From Rhizobiaceae bacterium (GTDB taxonomy: Bacteria; Pseudomonadota; Alphaproteobacteria; Rhizobiales; Rhizobiaceae), in assembly GCA_029233925.1 (NCBI GenBank), contig JARGOX010000013.1:48056-112055 (forward strand): a stretch of 64,000 bases of DNA. Direction: 5' to 3'. This document shows positions 60,993-64,000 of the stretch, in pieces (position 1 is the stretch's first letter; every line of letters begins with the position of its first letter). The notes under the pieces are model-generated. The model worked only from the letters and a program-made list of their open reading frames with translations, searched no databases and was not told where the DNA came from. The position numbers and the translations under genes were made by a program.

Positions 60993-61010
60993 TAATAATT
61001 ATTATAATAA
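60993..61010. promoter_or_regulatory. Candidate operator, copy 2: TAATAATTATTATAATAA
   Basis: Identical 18-mer 20 bp upstream of the oxidoreductase start. Confidence 0.75.
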
Positions 61011-61302
61011 GTAATATTGCGCAAGCCCAATCGACAACTATCTTGCAAGGCCGTTGGCATCTGCTGGGAATAGGGGCTTGATCAGCGTTGTGGCGGTGGT
61101 GGAAAACGCTGCCGCTGCCGGGGATATCTGCCCCGGTTCGCCAGCCCGCTTTGCCGGACACTGTCTGCGTTGGCCCGTGGAAAAACAAAGGGGCCGGGCA
61201 ATCAAGCCTCAGCTCTGTTGATTTGTGCGGGAATTGATGAGGGGATTATCGCGGCCATGAAGCGTATGGCCGCCTTCCATTGTCGTATGGGCCGGCTGCG
61301 CT

Positions 61303-62079
61303 CTAAAAGCTGTCCTTGCGACGGCGGATCTCGGCGAAGACATCACTGTCTTCTGCGTCCGGCATATGGAGGAGCGCCCGGATTTTCGGATCGTCTGCCC
61401 GCAGAAAGGGGTTGGTTTCCTTCTCGATGCCGATGGTGGTCGGCAATGTCGGTTTGCCAGCCGCCCGCAACGCGTGAATTTCCTCGGCTCGTGCCATCAG
61501 CTTTTCATTTTCCGGGTCAATCGTCACGGCGAAGCGCGCATTGGCTTCGGTATATTCATGGCCGCAATAGACGACCGTCTCATCGGGCAATGCCGCCAGT
61601 TTCTGCAGGGACTGGTGCATCTGCAGGGGGGTGCCCTCGAAGATGCGTCCGCAACCCAGCGCAAACAACGTATCTGCCGTAAAGGCGGTGGCCGCCTCGG
61701 GCATGTAGTAGCAGATATGACCCAATGTATGGCCGGGCGTCTCGATCACTTCAACAGTATGATTTGCGAATTCGAAGGTCTGGCCACCGACCACTGTTTC
61801 GTCGACTTCGGGAATTTTGTCAGCTTCTTTTTGCGGGGCGATGACCTTCGCGGAAAATCTGGATTTCAGTGCAGCGATGCCTTCGACATGATCAAGATGA
61901 TGGTGGGTGACCAGAATGTGGCTCAAGGACCAGCCGGTGCGCTTCAGCGCCGAAAGGATGGCCGCTTCCTCCGGTGCGTCAATCGACGCGGTTGCGCCCG
62001 TTGCCGGGTCGTGTATCAAAACCCCGAAATTGTCACTGCGGCACGGAAACTGTTCTATCTGCAAACGGGTCAAATTCAT
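61303..62079 (-). CDS. gloB: Hydroxyacylglutathione hydrolase (glyoxalase II)
   Basis: DNFGVL, THHHLDH, TPGHT, DTLFALGCGR, CGHEYT, EKETNPFLR. Confidence 0.94.
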   Translation of the reverse strand: MNLTRLQIEQFPCRSDNFGVLIHDPATGATASIDAPEEAAILSALKRTGWSLSHILVTHHHLDHVEGIAALKSRFSAKVIAPQKEADKIPEVDETVVGGQTFEFANHTVEVIETPGHTLGHICYYMPEAATAFTADTLFALGCGRIFEGTPLQMHQSLQKLAALPDETVVYCGHEYTEANARFAVTIDPENEKLMARAEEIHALRAAGKPTLPTTIGIEKETNPFLRADDPKIRALLHMPDAEDSDVFAEIRRRKDSF

Positions 62080-62184
62080 CTCCTGTTGGGCAAGGATACA
62101 TTGCTCTTGTCAATCACATATAGGTCATCATGCCTGCATTGAAAATTGCTTCCCACGCTTCGGCAAACACTTTAGATTGTCTGC

Positions 62185-62940
62185 ATGCATAGCGATATTG
62201 TAGATTTACGGCAATTTTATCATAGCCGGCTTGGCCTGCTGGCCCAGGAGGCCATTGCCATGGCGCTTGCGTCGCTCTGGACGGAGTTGCCGGGCGAGCG
62301 CTTGATGGGCCTTGGATATGCGGCGCCCTATCTTGATCGGTTCAGGGCTGACGCGGAACGCACCTTTGCTTTCATGCCGGCGGCCCAGGGTGCCGTCAAC
62401 TGGCCAGCCCATGAGGCATCGGCCACAGCCCTTGTCTTTGACGAGGAACTGCCCCTGCCGGATGCGGCGCTCGACCGGGTCCTGATGATCCATGTGCTTG
62501 AATTTGCGGAAAATCCCAGAGAAACCCTGATGGAGGCCTGGCGTGTTCTTGCGCCGGGCGGCCGGTTGCTTATCGTCGTGCCCAACCGACGGGGTGTGTG
62601 GGCGCGGTTTGACCATACGCCGTTTGGTTCGGGCACGCCCTATACGCGCAACCAACTGACCGGACTGTTGCGCGAGGCAAGCTTCACACCCGGCGCCGTT
62701 GCCGAAGCCCTGTTCTTCCCGCCTTCACGCCACAAGGCGATACAGAGCATGGCACGCACGACAGAACGTCTGGGTCGGCGCTATTGGCCATTCCTGAGCG
62801 GATTGATCATCGTGGAGGCGCAAAAGAGGCTCTATCAGGGCTTGCCTGTAGCGGAGCGGGCATCACGGCGGGTTTTTGTGCCGGCGCTCGCAACACAGGG
62901 TGCCTCACGGGCAACGCGCAGGCGTGACCCGGGTTTTTGA
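62185..62940 (+). CDS. Class I SAM-dependent methyltransferase-like protein
   Basis: GLGYAAPY, EEL.LPD, LAPGGRLLIVVPNRRG; divergent from gloB. Confidence 0.87.
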   Translation: MHSDIVDLRQFYHSRLGLLAQEAIAMALASLWTELPGERLMGLGYAAPYLDRFRADAERTFAFMPAAQGAVNWPAHEASATALVFDEELPLPDAALDRVLMIHVLEFAENPRETLMEAWRVLAPGGRLLIVVPNRRGVWARFDHTPFGSGTPYTRNQLTGLLREASFTPGAVAEALFFPPSRHKAIQSMARTTERLGRRYWPFLSGLIIVEAQKRLYQGLPVAERASRRVFVPALATQGASRATRRRDPGF

Positions 62941-62966
62941 CAGGATTCAACGGGCTTGGCGGGTGA

Positions 62967-63557
62967 TCAATCGCCGAGTGTGTCGAGCTTGTCCTGCAGG
63001 GCGCGCAACTGCTCTTTCAGTTCCTGCAGATCCTTGTTGTCGGATTTGGGTTTTTCGCCTTCAGGCTTGGTTTCCTCTATACCGCCAAAGGGGGAAAACA
63101 TCTGCATGGCCTTCTGGAAGACTTCCGTATTGCGCCGCACCTGTTCTTCCATAACCTGTATCGGCATCTGCATGTTTCGGGTAATCGGGGTCTCGCCGAA
63201 AGCCTTGGTCAATTGTTCGCGCATCTGGTCGTGCTGAGCGGAAAATGCCGTCATGGATTGTTCCAGATAGGAAGGAACAATCATCTGCATCTGGTCACCG
63301 TAGTAGGAGATGAGTTGGCGCAGGAAGGATACGGGCAGCAAAGTGTTGCCCGTCTTGGATTCCTGCTCAAATATGATCTGTGTGAGAACAGTATGGGTGA
63401 TATCGTCACCCGATTTGGCGTCCACGACAATGAAATCATCGCCACTGCGCACCATGACGGCCAGATCGTCCAGCGTCACATAGGAACTCGTGCCGGTATT
63501 GTAGAGCCGACGATTGGCGTATTTCTTGATAACAATCTGACCGTCAGACATGGTCAT
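62967..63557 (-). CDS. phaR: Polyhydroxyalkanoate synthesis repressor PhaR
   Basis: IKKYANRRLYNT, DAKSGDDIT...LTQIIFEQE, FLRQLISYYG; RBS GGAGG. Confidence 0.94.
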   Translation of the reverse strand: MTMSDGQIVIKKYANRRLYNTGTSSYVTLDDLAVMVRSGDDFIVVDAKSGDDITHTVLTQIIFEQESKTGNTLLPVSFLRQLISYYGDQMQMIVPSYLEQSMTAFSAQHDQMREQLTKAFGETPITRNMQMPIQVMEEQVRRNTEVFQKAMQMFSPFGGIEETKPEGEKPKSDNKDLQELKEQLRALQDKLDTLGD

Positions 63558-63894
63558 ATACACTGCCTCCCTGTCGGCTGTCGCCGGATTTGTCGAACTG
63601 AACGGCTCTGCAATCAGGACCGGACAGAATAATTGTTGTTTCGCCTCAAAGCTGCCTGGAGCGCCAAGCGCAATATTGCAGCGGAAGACAAGATGAACAT
63701 GGGCACAGAAAAAAGTATAGTCTTATTTCGGACCGATTGTGCAATGCGGTGAATGGGATAGTGTGATCTGGACCAGCCCTGGGGTCTGTTATAGGCTAAG
63801 GAAATGCTGCAACTGCGTTTGACATCGCGGGCAACCTGTCCCACTTTCCATTCAGCATTGTTACGGATTTCAATTCCAACTTCAGAGAACACAC

Positions 63895-64000
63895 ATGACA
63901 AATCCATCCATCGTTATCGCCAGCGCCGCACGTACAGCCGTTGGTTCCTTCAACGGCGCCTTTGCAACTGTACCGGCGCATGAACTTGGCGCGGCCGTCA
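63895..64000 (+). CDS. phaA: Acetyl-CoA acetyltransferase (beta-ketothiolase), 3'-truncated by the window edge
   Basis: MTNPSIVIASAARTAVGSFNGAFATVPAHELGAAV; divergent from phaR. Confidence 0.88.
   Translation, partial: MTNPSIVIASAARTAVGSFNGAFATVPAHELGAAV

Noticed and set aside
60973-61188. 72-aa N-terminal extension of the FAD oxidoreductase in the ORF track
   Set aside because: It runs through the AT-rich operator (LLIIIIIR); a good RBS precedes the ATG at 60972.
8248-61310. 13-bp match GCGCTCTAAAAGC at 8248-8260 and 61298-61310
   Set aside because: Matches of this length are expected by chance in 64 kb; one copy overlaps the gloB stop codon and the contexts are unrelated.
335-63981. The many overlapping ORFs in the six-frame track that are antisense or out of frame to real genes (e.g. 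10567-11436, 20430-21506, 38092-39018, 45934-47013, 52427-53290)
   Set aside because: They shadow well-supported genes in GC-rich DNA, and have Arg/Pro/Ala-rich composition and no recognisable motifs.
1-64000. CRISPR arrays, tRNA/rRNA, IS elements, prophage or defence genes
   Set aside because: No regularly spaced repeats, cloverleaf or rRNA signatures, or transposase/phage motifs seen by eye; a covariance-model scan would be needed to exclude small ncRNAs.

Overview
Chromosomal window from an alphaproteobacterium of the Hyphomicrobiales (Rhizobiaceae/Phyllobacteriaceae-like), inferred from protein sequences and gene order. The backbone is core genome: alpha-2-macroglobulin-pbpC, an ExpR-like LuxR beside pyc, ispG, ispA-mtgA-GST-rpmF, amidohydrolase/dac/cobW/tusA/ldt, accA-xerD, aroK-aroB-hlyC, bolA/dnaJ-domain/cobST, rpmB, gloB, and phaR-phaA. 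I found no rRNA, tRNA, CRISPR array, IS or prophage. Two accessory modules of unknown function stand out. (1) At 1-8208, a tightly coupled operon encodes a large protein with no domain I recognise, a DUF3726-like protein, an M19 'dipeptidase' with altered metal ligands, a PotABCD-type ABC importer with a Tat-exported binding protein, and a RidA protein, next to a convergent MarR gene. It looks like an uncharacterised catabolic pathway for an N-containing compound. (2) At 55867-61010, a TRAP (QMP) / HpaR-like MarR / single FAD-oxidoreductase islet carries an identical 18-bp all-A/T palindromic box upstream of both structural units, so an operator can be read directly from the sequence. Smaller observations include a tandem-repeat tail on IspG, an orphan hybrid kinase, candidate CtrA/DnaA/PhaR boxes, and a 48-aa ORF absent from the ORF track. 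All product calls come from motif recognition and recall; no database search was run. Several starts were moved from the ORF track on RBS or homology grounds.
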